64,000 nt of DNA, taken from Spirochaetales bacterium (GTDB lineage Bacteria; Spirochaetota; JAAYUW01). The position numbers and the translations under genes were made by a program. The stretch is from positions 2,296 to 66,295 of the forward strand of contig JAAZOT010000043.1 in NCBI GenBank assembly GCA_012797605.1. Reading direction: 5' to 3'. Positions 45,003 through 53,839 of this stretch are shown in pieces. The first letter of the stretch is position 1. Each line of letters opens with the position of its first letter. Under the pieces are notes generated by a model. That model did not search any database, was not told the DNA's origin, and saw only the letters and a list, made by a program, of their open reading frames with translations.

Positions 45003-46418
45003 ATGCAAAAGAATGGTAAAAATATTCTTCTTACAATTTTGCCAATAGCACTCTTTATCTGTTTTGTCATCTTTTTATTTAGTCTTCCATCAACTTATGG
45101 AATATTTAAGTGGAATGAATACTATAAAAATCTGCTTATTAAAATTTCATTATTACCAATTCTTATTTCTCTATTTGGTCTTCTTTCAATTTTATTAAAG
45201 AAAAATAAAATATTATACAAGATATTCTCAATATTAAATATGGCTCTTAATTTTATTTTAATTATCATTTTAATTTCCGCAGTTATTTTTATTTTTGTTA
45301 ATAGTAATCCTTCTTTTACTTCTACCTCACCACTATTTATGCTTTCTGATTCTACAGGTATTTTTGGTTTACCAGATATTCAGATTAGTTTCAAAACTCA
45401 AAAAAATGAAATTATACAATGTGAATATTTCAATGAAAACCAGATAGATAATAAAATAATATTAAAAGATAATAAGGCAACTAAAATACATAAATTTATA
45501 ATAAAAGACTTAAAGCCAGAATCTATTTACTATTTCAATCTTTCGAATGGAAAAAGCTTTAAGTATAAAACAGCAAAGACAAAAATCAACGAAAATAACC
45601 CTTTTTCTTTTGCTATAAGTTCAGATCCTCACTTTGGCAGAGATAAATCTAGAAATGATATAACTGAAAAAATAGTCAAATTGGTTGAAAACGAGCCAAA
45701 TTATTCTTTTTTCGCTATACTTGGTGATTTTGTTGAAAGTGGTTATGTCAAATCTCACTGGCAAATCTTGCTGGATTTTTTAGGTAAAAACTTCGGAAAT
45801 CTTCCAATAATACCTGTTATGGGGAATCATGATGCCTTTATAGCAGGTCATCGCTTCTATAAATCCATCTTTTCTTCTGTTAAGACAGAAAACAGATCAT
45901 CACCATATTATAAACATTATACTTTTAAGGTAGATAACAAAAATATTCATGTAATTACATTATCTTTGCTCTGGGGTATTGAAGATTTTTCCATTAAGCA
46001 AAAAAATTGGCTTATAAAAGAACTTTCAAAGACAAATAAAGATGATTTTGTAGTTATACTATCTCATGCTTTTCTATATGCTTCTGGATATACTGAAGAA
46101 GGTGGAATCCCTTGGTTTGATAACAACTCTGTTATTAAAATTCTTGAACCAATATTCAAAAAATATGATGTTGATCTTGTTGTAAGTGGACATAACCATA
46201 CTATGGAATTAATTGAAAATGACTCTATATACTATGCAATTATAGGTTCTTTTGGTGGGTTACCTGATCCTGAAAAGACTTTTACTTCTAAAGGAAGTCT
46301 ATGGTATAAAAGTGGTTTGTATGGATACCTTGATGTCAAGTCTTTTGCAGACTTTTTTGTTTTAACATTTTACGATGAAAATAAAAATATCTTATTTCAA
46401 AATAAATGTAACTATTAA
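45003..46418 (+). CDS. Membrane-anchored calcineurin-like metallophosphoesterase with a purple-acid-phosphatase-type N-domain
   Basis: About 4 N-terminal TM helices and an FN3-like segment (IQISFKTQ...KIHKFIIKDLKPESIYYF). Phosphoesterase motifs appear in order: SSDPHFG, LGDFVESG, GNHD, LSHAF, SGHNH. Confidence 0.75.
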   Translation: MQKNGKNILLTILPIALFICFVIFLFSLPSTYGIFKWNEYYKNLLIKISLLPILISLFGLLSILLKKNKILYKIFSILNMALNFILIIILISAVIFIFVNSNPSFTSTSPLFMLSDSTGIFGLPDIQISFKTQKNEIIQCEYFNENQIDNKIILKDNKATKIHKFIIKDLKPESIYYFNLSNGKSFKYKTAKTKINENNPFSFAISSDPHFGRDKSRNDITEKIVKLVENEPNYSFFAILGDFVESGYVKSHWQILLDFLGKNFGNLPIIPVMGNHDAFIAGHRFYKSIFSSVKTENRSSPYYKHYTFKVDNKNIHVITLSLLWGIEDFSIKQKNWLIKELSKTNKDDFVVILSHAFLYASGYTEEGGIPWFDNNSVIKILEPIFKKYDVDLVVSGHNHTMELIENDSIYYAIIGSFGGLPDPEKTFTSKGSLWYKSGLYGYLDVKSFADFFVLTFYDENKNILFQNKCNY

Positions 46419-46517
46419 TAACATTAATGAAACTTATGATTATTAAATCATTCTAAACTTATAGATTCTTAGCTATGTGATAAAGTATTATGAACCTTAT
46501 TTTTGAGGAGAAAAATT

Positions 46518-47357
46518 ATGAAGAAAAAGATCTTCTTTTATTCTTTTCTTTTACTAGTATTATTTTCATTTATTTTCACACTTTTAGCTTCAACTATCGA
46601 CATAATTTCAAATTTTGCTTTGGTTGAAGGGGGAGAATATACATTTTCATTGAATAGTACAAAAGTTAAAATACCAGATCTATATGTACAAAAGCATGAA
46701 CTATCGAACAAACAGCTTGCAGAGTTACTAAACTGGGGATATAAACAAGGATACATTGAAGTATCTAAAGATGAGGTTTATGAGGTATATCAAGGTAGAT
46801 ATCTAATCTACCAAATAAATGAAAAATATAGTGGGTTAACTTTTTCAAAGGATGGTTTTACTGTTAAAAAGAATTTTGATAATCTTGCTGCTTCATACAT
46901 TAGCTGGTATGGAGCTCTGACTTTGTCTAACTTTTTCAGCTTGATGAATGGCTTTACACCCTGTTATAATCTTATAAATGGGGAAATGACTCCAAAAGGA
47001 AATGGTTTTAGATTGCCTTTTTCTTACGAATGGGAATACTGTGCAATAGGTGGCAAAAAGTCACAAAATTATAAATTTAGTGGTTCGAATAATCTTGCTG
47101 AAGTTGGCTGGTATGATAAGAACTCTTCAAATTCCCCACAAATTATCATGCAAAAAAAGCCAAATGAACTGGGACTATACGATATGAGTGGAAACCTTTA
47201 TGAATGGTGCTTCGAGATGGGAATGTCTGCAGGGGTCTATGCAAGAGGTGGAGCCTTCAATACAAGCGAAAATCAATGTCTTCCTTCTTCTTTCTCAGAA
47301 TTTGACCCTCTCGATTGTCTTATAAATGTTGGCTTAAGATTTTTTAGAACAAAGTAA
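46518..47357 (+). CDS. Secreted FGE-sulfatase / C-type-lectin-fold domain protein
   Basis: Signal peptide. Motifs: SWYGALTLSNFFS, GFRLPFSYEWEYCAIGG, LGLYDMSGNLYEWCFE, RGGAF, VGLRFFR. Start set at ATG 46518, which follows an AGGAG. The track start is TTG at 46503. Confidence 0.7.
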   Translation: MKKKIFFYSFLLLVLFSFIFTLLASTIDIISNFALVEGGEYTFSLNSTKVKIPDLYVQKHELSNKQLAELLNWGYKQGYIEVSKDEVYEVYQGRYLIYQINEKYSGLTFSKDGFTVKKNFDNLAASYISWYGALTLSNFFSLMNGFTPCYNLINGEMTPKGNGFRLPFSYEWEYCAIGGKKSQNYKFSGSNNLAEVGWYDKNSSNSPQIIMQKKPNELGLYDMSGNLYEWCFEMGMSAGVYARGGAFNTSENQCLPSSFSEFDPLDCLINVGLRFFRTK

Positions 47358-47480
47358 GTTTTTAAATGGTTTATTAAAGCCATAAAAAAGCTTTTTAATA
47401 TAAAAAAATTATTAAATTTTTAGTGTAAAAAATTTTTAAAAATTATTTATAAGTAAGTATTTTTTGTGGAGGTAGATATT

Positions 47481-47882
47481 ATGTCAAGACAAGTTATATC
47501 TAAAAATGAATATATTCAAATAAAAAATGCCAATATAAAACCTCAAATTAAACAGGATAACTATCTTCAAAGACTTTTTAAATATATACCTTCCGAGATA
47601 ATTTTACTTTTCATAACATGTGAAAAGATACTTTTAAGTCAAAGCGATATAACTATTGGTATTTACTGGTTCATAAGTATTTTTTGTTTTGTAGCTACTC
47701 CCTTTTATCTTTTCTTTGTCGCAAAGGTTAAAAAAATTTCTCAGTTAGTAATTTCTACTTTATCCTTTGCAGTATGGGTCTTCGCTATAGGTGGACCATT
47801 TTCATTTTTAAGATGGTATAAACCTTTATATGGAGCAATAACCCTTCCATTATTTACTTTTATTGTGTCTTTTTTTGGGTAA
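47481..47882 (+). CDS. Small hypothetical membrane protein
   Basis: Three to four hydrophobic helices. GGAGG lies 8 nt before ATG 47481. The track start is GTG at 47466. Confidence 0.5.
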   Translation: MSRQVISKNEYIQIKNANIKPQIKQDNYLQRLFKYIPSEIILLFITCEKILLSQSDITIGIYWFISIFCFVATPFYLFFVAKVKKISQLVISTLSFAVWVFAIGGPFSFLRWYKPLYGAITLPLFTFIVSFFG

Positions 47883-47972
47883 AATAATATTTGACTAGAA
47901 TAATTTTATAAAAACAATACATTTATAATAATATGATTTAAATAAATGAATTACAAAATTCACCCTAAAAAA

Positions 47973-47998
47973 GGGTGGGTGGTGGGGTGGTCTGAGGC
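47973..47998. repeat. G-rich 26-nt element, copy 2 (gggtgggtggtggggtggtctgaggc)
   Basis: Exact identity with 8621-8646. It is preceded by caccc (47961-65), which can pair with the first gggtg of the element across a 7-nt loop. Confidence 0.9.
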
Positions 47999-48244
47999 GA
48001 AAATAGAAATTTTATATTTTTATGTTTATAATATTTTTATGTTTTTAATACAGGAAGATTGTATTTATTTTTATTTTTTTTTATTATTTATAATTTAGTT
48101 ATTTTATAATTTAGTTATTTATTAATTTTTATCCTAATTGTTTTTTTTATTTTAATTTTTTTTTAGTTCTTTCATATTATTTAGTAATTATTTTTTTATA
48201 CTATTTCATATTGAATTTTCTAATATCCTGCTTTTTAAAATGTT

Positions 48245-48922
48245 TTAACTATTTTCGTATATTTTCTCAATTATTTCAGAAATTGTCATGTTGTTTTGTA
48301 TAGTTATCTCGTTATAATTTTCAAGAGGGCTTTTTGAAAACTGCAATATTTTACCACCGATTAAGGGAAGTTCATCGATATTGTGGGTGACAAGAATCAT
48401 TGTAATATCTGGGTAATTCTGTCTTATAAATTCAATTATCCTCTGTTTTGAGTAAATATCTATAGATTTAAAAGGTTCGTCCAATAATATTATCTCTGGA
48501 TTAACGATAAATGCTCTAATAAGTGAGACCTTCGCTTTCATTCCACCGGAAAGTTCATAAGGATAGTATTTTTCATAACCTTTTAAGGATGTTATGTTTA
48601 GCCAATTTTCAATTTTTTGGTAAATATCATCTGTAATTGTAATTTTCTTTAATTTACAACCAAAAAGGATATTTTCAATGACAGTCATATAGGGAAAAAG
48701 TCTTGATTCCTGAAAAACCACAGAAAATGGAAGATTTATATTATAATTTCCAGTAAAATTTAAATCTATACCAGATAGTATGTTTAACAAAGTAGTTTTA
48801 CCAGATCCAGAAGGAGCGAATATCGCTATCTTATCACCTTTTTTTACATCAAAAGATAGATTTTTAATGACAATATTTTTACCAAAAGATTTGCAAATTG
48901 ATTTTACTTCAACAGCATTCAT
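48245..48922 (-). CDS. ABC transporter ATP-binding protein (NitT/TauT-like)
   Basis: Walker A APSGSGKTT, signature LSGGMKAKVSL, Walker B ILLDEPF, H-loop VTHN. Confidence 0.85.
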   Translation of the reverse strand: MNAVEVKSICKSFGKNIVIKNLSFDVKKGDKIAIFAPSGSGKTTLLNILSGIDLNFTGNYNINLPFSVVFQESRLFPYMTVIENILFGCKLKKITITDDIYQKIENWLNITSLKGYEKYYPYELSGGMKAKVSLIRAFIVNPEIILLDEPFKSIDIYSKQRIIEFIRQNYPDITMILVTHNIDELPLIGGKILQFSKSPLENYNEITIQNNMTISEIIEKIYENS

Positions 48923-48956
48923 TTAATTTTTCGCTTTTTATTGTTAATTTTTAATA

Positions 48957-49721
48957 TTATTCACTATAAAGGTACTTTTGAAAAAATACTATAAATATTA
49001 TGTTTATAACAAATTCATAAAGAACCATAAAAAGAAGTAGGACTATAAGATAGAAAAACACCTTATCCATCTGAAAATAAACTCTTGCAACATTCAGTAA
49101 ATAACCAAGACCATTTTGTGAACCGATGAATTCACCAAGGACTACAACTTTGAGTCCGAGCCCCATCCCCAAAGTTAAGTTACTTCTTGTTATTGGAACA
49201 AGGGTTGGGAGAAGAAGATACCTTATAAGTTCTTGATTTTTTCCATCGAACACCTTTATTACAGCCTCAAGATTTTCATTTCTTTTAAGAAGGACATTTG
49301 TCGCATTTATATAGACCGTGGAAATAGTTAAAGATGCTACCAGAACTATTGGAGTTGTTGAACCAATACCAGAAAGAATTAGAAAAATAATTCCAAGAAT
49401 CGTACCAGGAATTACTTGGAAAAGTGCTAAAAATATTAAAAAAGTGTTTTGCATCTTGGACGAATGGGTAAATAGACTGAGAAATGTTCCTAATATCAAG
49501 GCTATAAAGAATCCAGTGAAAGTCCTGTATATACTAAGACTAAAATGAATAAAAAAATCTTTATCCAAATATTTAGTTATATTTTTCAATACTGTAAAAG
49601 GTGAAGGTATTATATATGGTGGATACATAATCGAAAGTATCCACCATAAAACTAAAAATAATAATAATGCATAAATGGTATGTTTAATAGATGAAAAATA
49701 GTTCTTTAAATTGTGGGTCAA
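48957..49721 (-). CDS. ABC transporter permease
   Basis: Six hydrophobic helices, 254 aa, located between the binding-protein and ATPase genes. Confidence 0.7.
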   Translation of the reverse strand: MTHNLKNYFSSIKHTIYALLLFLVLWWILSIMYPPYIIPSPFTVLKNITKYLDKDFFIHFSLSIYRTFTGFFIALILGTFLSLFTHSSKMQNTFLIFLALFQVIPGTILGIIFLILSGIGSTTPIVLVASLTISTVYINATNVLLKRNENLEAVIKVFDGKNQELIRYLLLPTLVPITRSNLTLGMGLGLKVVVLGEFIGSQNGLGYLLNVARVYFQMDKVFFYLIVLLLFMVLYEFVINIIFIVFFQKYLYSE

Positions 49722-50601
49722 GTGGTATTCCTATAGATTGATAATATGAAAAAACTTCATTTAAAAGTTCATTGCTATATGAAAGGTTGAAAGAGGTATT
49801 TCCAATAGCTTTAAGTAAAACTGGTTGCGGGAAACTAAAATATGGTGCTGCGATTTTAATTGCTGTTTGTGGGTCATTTTTAATTAGTTCTATTGCTTTT
49901 GCAAGTTCAGCATGAAGTAATTTAATATAATCGATATTATTTATAGCCCAATTTTTCATTGCAAAAGCTCCAACTTGTGGATAACCATTTTTTTTACCTG
50001 TTAGTTTTTCATAGTAATCTTTAAATCCAAAGGAAATATAGACATTAGGAATAGATGAAGCCATTGTAACAAAAGGTTCTGGAAGAGCGACAACCTCAGC
50101 TTTCCCTTGTTTTAATAATTCCAATGAAGAAGGGAAAGGAGAATAAACTGGAGTTATATCCTTTTTATAAACAAGCCCGTCTTTTTCTACAAAAAATTTC
50201 ACAATCTCTTCGATAGGCGAACCTTCAAAAGGGATATAGATGGATTTACCCTTTAATTCCTTAAATGAGCTAACTTTGATTCCATATGTAACAAGATATG
50301 TAAGCCCAGTTACATAAGAGTTTAGCATTACAACTGGAGCCTTGTTTTTATAAAAATTTATGCCTACATCAAGACCAGTAAAAAGTATCTGAGTTTCACC
50401 TTTTAAAAATAGAGCAGAGGCTTGAGAATGGTCAGAAAATATTGTTATTTTTGTGTTTGGAAGTTTCTCAGCTGCTATGACAAGAGGTACTGAAGATGGA
50501 GTTGCTGGACCCCAAATACTTATAACATTTGTGGTCGTTTGAGAGACGAAAAGTAAAACAAATAAAGATGATAAAATTAATAATAATATATATTTTTTCA
50601 T
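49684..50601 (-). CDS. ABC transporter substrate-binding protein (NMT1/SsuA-like)
   Basis: Signal peptide MKKYILLLILSSLFVLLFVS. The periplasmic-binding-protein size and operon context support the call, but the family assignment is tentative. Start moved to ATG 50601, 8 nt after GGAGG. The track start is 50670. Confidence 0.55.
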   Translation of the reverse strand: MKKYILLLILSSLFVLLFVSQTTTNVISIWGPATPSSVPLVIAAEKLPNTKITIFSDHSQASALFLKGETQILFTGLDVGINFYKNKAPVVMLNSYVTGLTYLVTYGIKVSSFKELKGKSIYIPFEGSPIEEIVKFFVEKDGLVYKKDITPVYSPFPSSLELLKQGKAEVVALPEPFVTMASSIPNVYISFGFKDYYEKLTGKKNGYPQVGAFAMKNWAINNIDYIKLLHAELAKAIELIKNDPQTAIKIAAPYFSFPQPVLLKAIGNTSFNLSYSNELLNEVFSYYQSIGIPLDPQFKELFFIY

Positions 50602-50787
50602 AAGTATAACCTCCGAAAAAAGTTTTATCTTAAAACAAGCTTGAACTTTACTACATAAATAATATGTCAAATTTATTGATTAAAGTCAATATCTTACGAA
50701 AATCTATCTACAATTTAAAACCTATTTTTTATATTAATATATGAATAAATTAAATTTTATCATATAATAAATGAAGAAGGAGGATAT

Positions 50788-51555
50788 ATGAAGATATACT
50801 ATTATCTTACAATTTTCCCCATAGAATCTTTAATAGCATCCAATTTAGAACCAACTAAGTTTGGAAGCTATCTTTCTACTGGATCTAAAAAAGGATCATA
50901 TGAGAATAATATTTTCATTGAAATAGAAGAGGGTTGCTCAAATTTTTTTGATTGGGATTATGCAAAGAAAAAATGCGTACCAAAAGAAAATGGTGAACCA
51001 AAACATTCTGTCTATCTTTCGATTTATCGAACTCTTGAAAATACACCTATTAAAGCATTAAAAAGCATCTATTTAACAACAAAGGATGGTAGAACCCTTG
51101 AAATTAAACCAGAGATATTTGACAATAATCTTTCGGAGAAAAAATTTTATATATATCAAGAAATCTGCCCAACAAGACCACTTATTGTTACAAGCTTAAA
51201 ACCGAAAGATTATGTTAAAAACATTACAAACAAAGAAAACAAAACATATATACCAACAATAGCATTTGCAGATATTAAAACCATTAGTTTTCATTCTGAA
51301 AACACTGGTAGTTTAGGACCACTCTATGACAGAAACATTGAACATCTTCACAACTGTGTAAATGAAGTAACATTAAATAAAGATAAGCTTTTCAAGATAG
51401 TCGAAAGATCTAATGTCGATAAATTCTCTTATCAGATTATTGGAGATGGTATTTTCGTTGGTGATAACCAGACAATTATTTTTTATAGGATGATTTCGGT
51501 GGAGGATCTCAGAAGATATCATTATGATTGGGCAAGATCAGCACAAATTTTTTAA
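50788..51555 (+). CDS. Hypothetical cytoplasmic protein (255 aa)
   Basis: Strong RBS (aaggagga) 6 nt before the ATG. No TM segment, signal peptide or known motif. Confidence 0.5.
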   Translation: MKIYYYLTIFPIESLIASNLEPTKFGSYLSTGSKKGSYENNIFIEIEEGCSNFFDWDYAKKKCVPKENGEPKHSVYLSIYRTLENTPIKALKSIYLTTKDGRTLEIKPEIFDNNLSEKKFYIYQEICPTRPLIVTSLKPKDYVKNITNKENKTYIPTIAFADIKTISFHSENTGSLGPLYDRNIEHLHNCVNEVTLNKDKLFKIVERSNVDKFSYQIIGDGIFVGDNQTIIFYRMISVEDLRRYHYDWARSAQIF

Positions 51556-51631
51556 CTCAATTTTTCATACTCTTTTTTTATTTTTTTAAATATCTGGGTT
51601 TAATCTAGAAGATTCCAATAGGAGGTTAAAA

Positions 51632-53794
51632 ATGTTAGCAATTGTTTTCATAAGTGTTTTTTCTGCACTAGCCTTTGCGGCAGGGAACTATTTTGCAGTC
51701 AAGAGAAAAGATCCAGGACTGCCTATAATGAGAGAAATAGCAGATGCAATAGCACAAGGTGCAGACGCATTTATTAGGCATGAATATGGAGTTATCTTTA
51801 AAATAGGAATAATCATTGCGATTATTCTTGGTATAATTGTTTCCTGGTATACTGGGATCGCCTTTTTAATAGGAGCACTTATGAGCAGTAGTGCTGGATG
51901 GGTGGGGATGAAAATTGCAGTTATAGCCAATGTAAGAGTTTCAAATACTGCAAGGACTACTAAATCTATGGGTAGTACACTTAAAGTCGCATTTCAAGGT
52001 GGTTCTGTTATGGGTCTCTCGGTAGGAGGATTTGCCCTTTTGGGTCTTGGATTTATCTACCTTACATTTGGTAAATTTCTTAATCAACTTTCAGAGCAGC
52101 AATTAACAATAGTTACAAACTGGATAGGCATTAACTTCATACCATTTACTATGACTGTCTCTGGATATGCACTGGGTTGCTCTATAATAGCTATGTTTGA
52201 TAGGGTTGGAGGAGGAATATATACAAAAGCTGCAGATATGGGTGCAGATCTTGTTGGTAAAACAGAGGCTCATATCCCTGAAGATGACCCTAGAAACCCT
52301 GCAACAATAGCAGATAATGTTGGAGATAATGTCGGCGATGTCGCTGGTCTTGGAGCTGATCTACTTGAAAGCTATGTTGGAGCTATAATATCAAGTATAG
52401 TTTTAGCAGCATACATATTTTACACATCGAAGAGTCTTGAAAATTCAATTACAGCCTCTTTAACGATAAAATTGCTTAAATATCCGATCTTTTTCGCATC
52501 TATTGGAATTTTAAGCTGTATCATTGGGATTGCTTCACTACTTATTAGAAAAAATATCAAAAAACCTCATACTGCATTGAACTTTTCTACCTGGGTTTCA
52601 GAAGGTTGTACTATTTTTTTTACTCTCATATTTACATTAATTTACTTTAAGGGAGAAAATTTTGGTATTCTTGCTTTCAGATTTGGAGCTATCTCCCCTT
52701 GGTTATCTTCTGTAATCGGAATTATTGCTGGTATTGTTATCGGAATGCTTGCTGAGTATTACACAAGTTACGATTATAACCCAACAAAAAATATCGCTGC
52801 TGCCTCAAATGAAGGTGCTTCTTTAACAATAACTAGTGGGCTCGCAGTAGGAATGAAAAGTACGATTTTACCTGTAATAATTCTTGGTTTTGGCATAATT
52901 TTAGCTGATTTTGTCGGTGGTTTATATGGAGTTGCTATGGCTGCAATTGGTATGCTTTCAGTTGTTTCAGCAACCGTTAGCGTTGACACCTATGGACCTA
53001 TTGCTGATAATGCTGGAGGTATTAGTGAAATGTCCAAACTTGAACCTGAAGTAAGAGAAATCACAGATCATCTCGATTCTGTTGGTAATACGACGGCAGC
53101 TATAGGTAAAGGTTTCGCCATAGGCTCTGCTTCTCTTGCTGCATTATCTTTGTTTGCATCTTATCTTTATACACAAGCTGGTCCTGGGCACACCACAGGA
53201 TATTCCTTAATTATCAATCTTATGGACACTTTTAGTTTGGGAGGAGCCATTATAGGTGCAGCACTTCCCTTCCTTTTTTCTGGGATACTCATCGATGCAG
53301 TCGCTAAAGCAGCTCAGCAGATGGTTATGGAAGTCAGAAGACAGTTTAAGGAAAATCCAAAGATATTAAGTGGTGAAGAAAAACCAGACTATCGAAGATG
53401 TATTAAAATTTCTTCTGCTGGGGCAATAAATCAGATGAAACTTCCAGCATTTATCTCTGTTTTAACTCCATTAATCACTGGTTTTTTATTTGGGGCTAAA
53501 TTTGTTGGAGGATTGCTTATAGGAACGACCTTAAGCAGTATTATGCTCGCTATATTTACAGCAAACTCTGGAGGAGCATGGGATAATGCTAAAAAATATA
53601 TAGAACAGGGTAGATTCGGTGGTAAAGGGTCTTCTGCTCATGCCGCTGGAATTATAGGTGATACAGTAGGAGATCCACTAAAAGATACCGTAGGACCATC
53701 TTTGGATATCTTAATAAAGATAATGGCTGTAGTTTCGCTCATAATGGTAAATATATTTGGTAAATATAATCTTGTAGGACTCTTACAAAAATAA
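51632..53794 (+). CDS. hppA: Membrane-integral K+-dependent-type pyrophosphatase
   Basis: GGGIYTKAADMGADLVGK, DNVGDNVGD, GNTTAAIGKGFAIGSA (Ala rather than Lys, which marks the K+-dependent subfamily), GGAWDNAKKYIE, GDTVGDP. AGGAGG RBS. Confidence 0.9.
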   Translation: MLAIVFISVFSALAFAAGNYFAVKRKDPGLPIMREIADAIAQGADAFIRHEYGVIFKIGIIIAIILGIIVSWYTGIAFLIGALMSSSAGWVGMKIAVIANVRVSNTARTTKSMGSTLKVAFQGGSVMGLSVGGFALLGLGFIYLTFGKFLNQLSEQQLTIVTNWIGINFIPFTMTVSGYALGCSIIAMFDRVGGGIYTKAADMGADLVGKTEAHIPEDDPRNPATIADNVGDNVGDVAGLGADLLESYVGAIISSIVLAAYIFYTSKSLENSITASLTIKLLKYPIFFASIGILSCIIGIASLLIRKNIKKPHTALNFSTWVSEGCTIFFTLIFTLIYFKGENFGILAFRFGAISPWLSSVIGIIAGIVIGMLAEYYTSYDYNPTKNIAAASNEGASLTITSGLAVGMKSTILPVIILGFGIILADFVGGLYGVAMAAIGMLSVVSATVSVDTYGPIADNAGGISEMSKLEPEVREITDHLDSVGNTTAAIGKGFAIGSASLAALSLFASYLYTQAGPGHTTGYSLIINLMDTFSLGGAIIGAALPFLFSGILIDAVAKAAQQMVMEVRRQFKENPKILSGEEKPDYRRCIKISSAGAINQMKLPAFISVLTPLITGFLFGAKFVGGLLIGTTLSSIMLAIFTANSGGAWDNAKKYIEQGRFGGKGSSAHAAGIIGDTVGDPLKDTVGPSLDILIKIMAVVSLIMVNIFGKYNLVGLLQK

Positions 53795-53799
53795 TTATT

Positions 53800-53834
53800 A
53801 AAAAGGCTGCCAGTTAAAACTGACAGCCTTTTTA
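53800..53834. terminator. Bidirectional rho-independent terminator (hppA / hydB convergent)
   Basis: aaaaggctgccag-ttaaaa-ctgacagccttttt. The 9-bp stem has one mismatch, with an A-run on one side and a T-run on the other. Confidence 0.75.
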
Positions 53835-53839
53835 ATAAT

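Noticed and set aside
46518-47357. FGE/C-type-lectin-fold protein as a diversity-generating retroelement target
   Set aside because: There is no reverse transcriptase or Avd gene. No template-repeat copy of the gene's 3' end occurs anywhere in the window, and there is no Asn/AAC-rich variable region at the C-terminus.
48001-48244. CRISPR-like or tandem repeat array (atatttttatgttt x2, taatttagttattt x2)
   Set aside because: There are only two copies of each short AT-rich unit, with no regular repeat-spacer periodicity and no cas genes. This is most simply slippage duplication in low-complexity spacer DNA.
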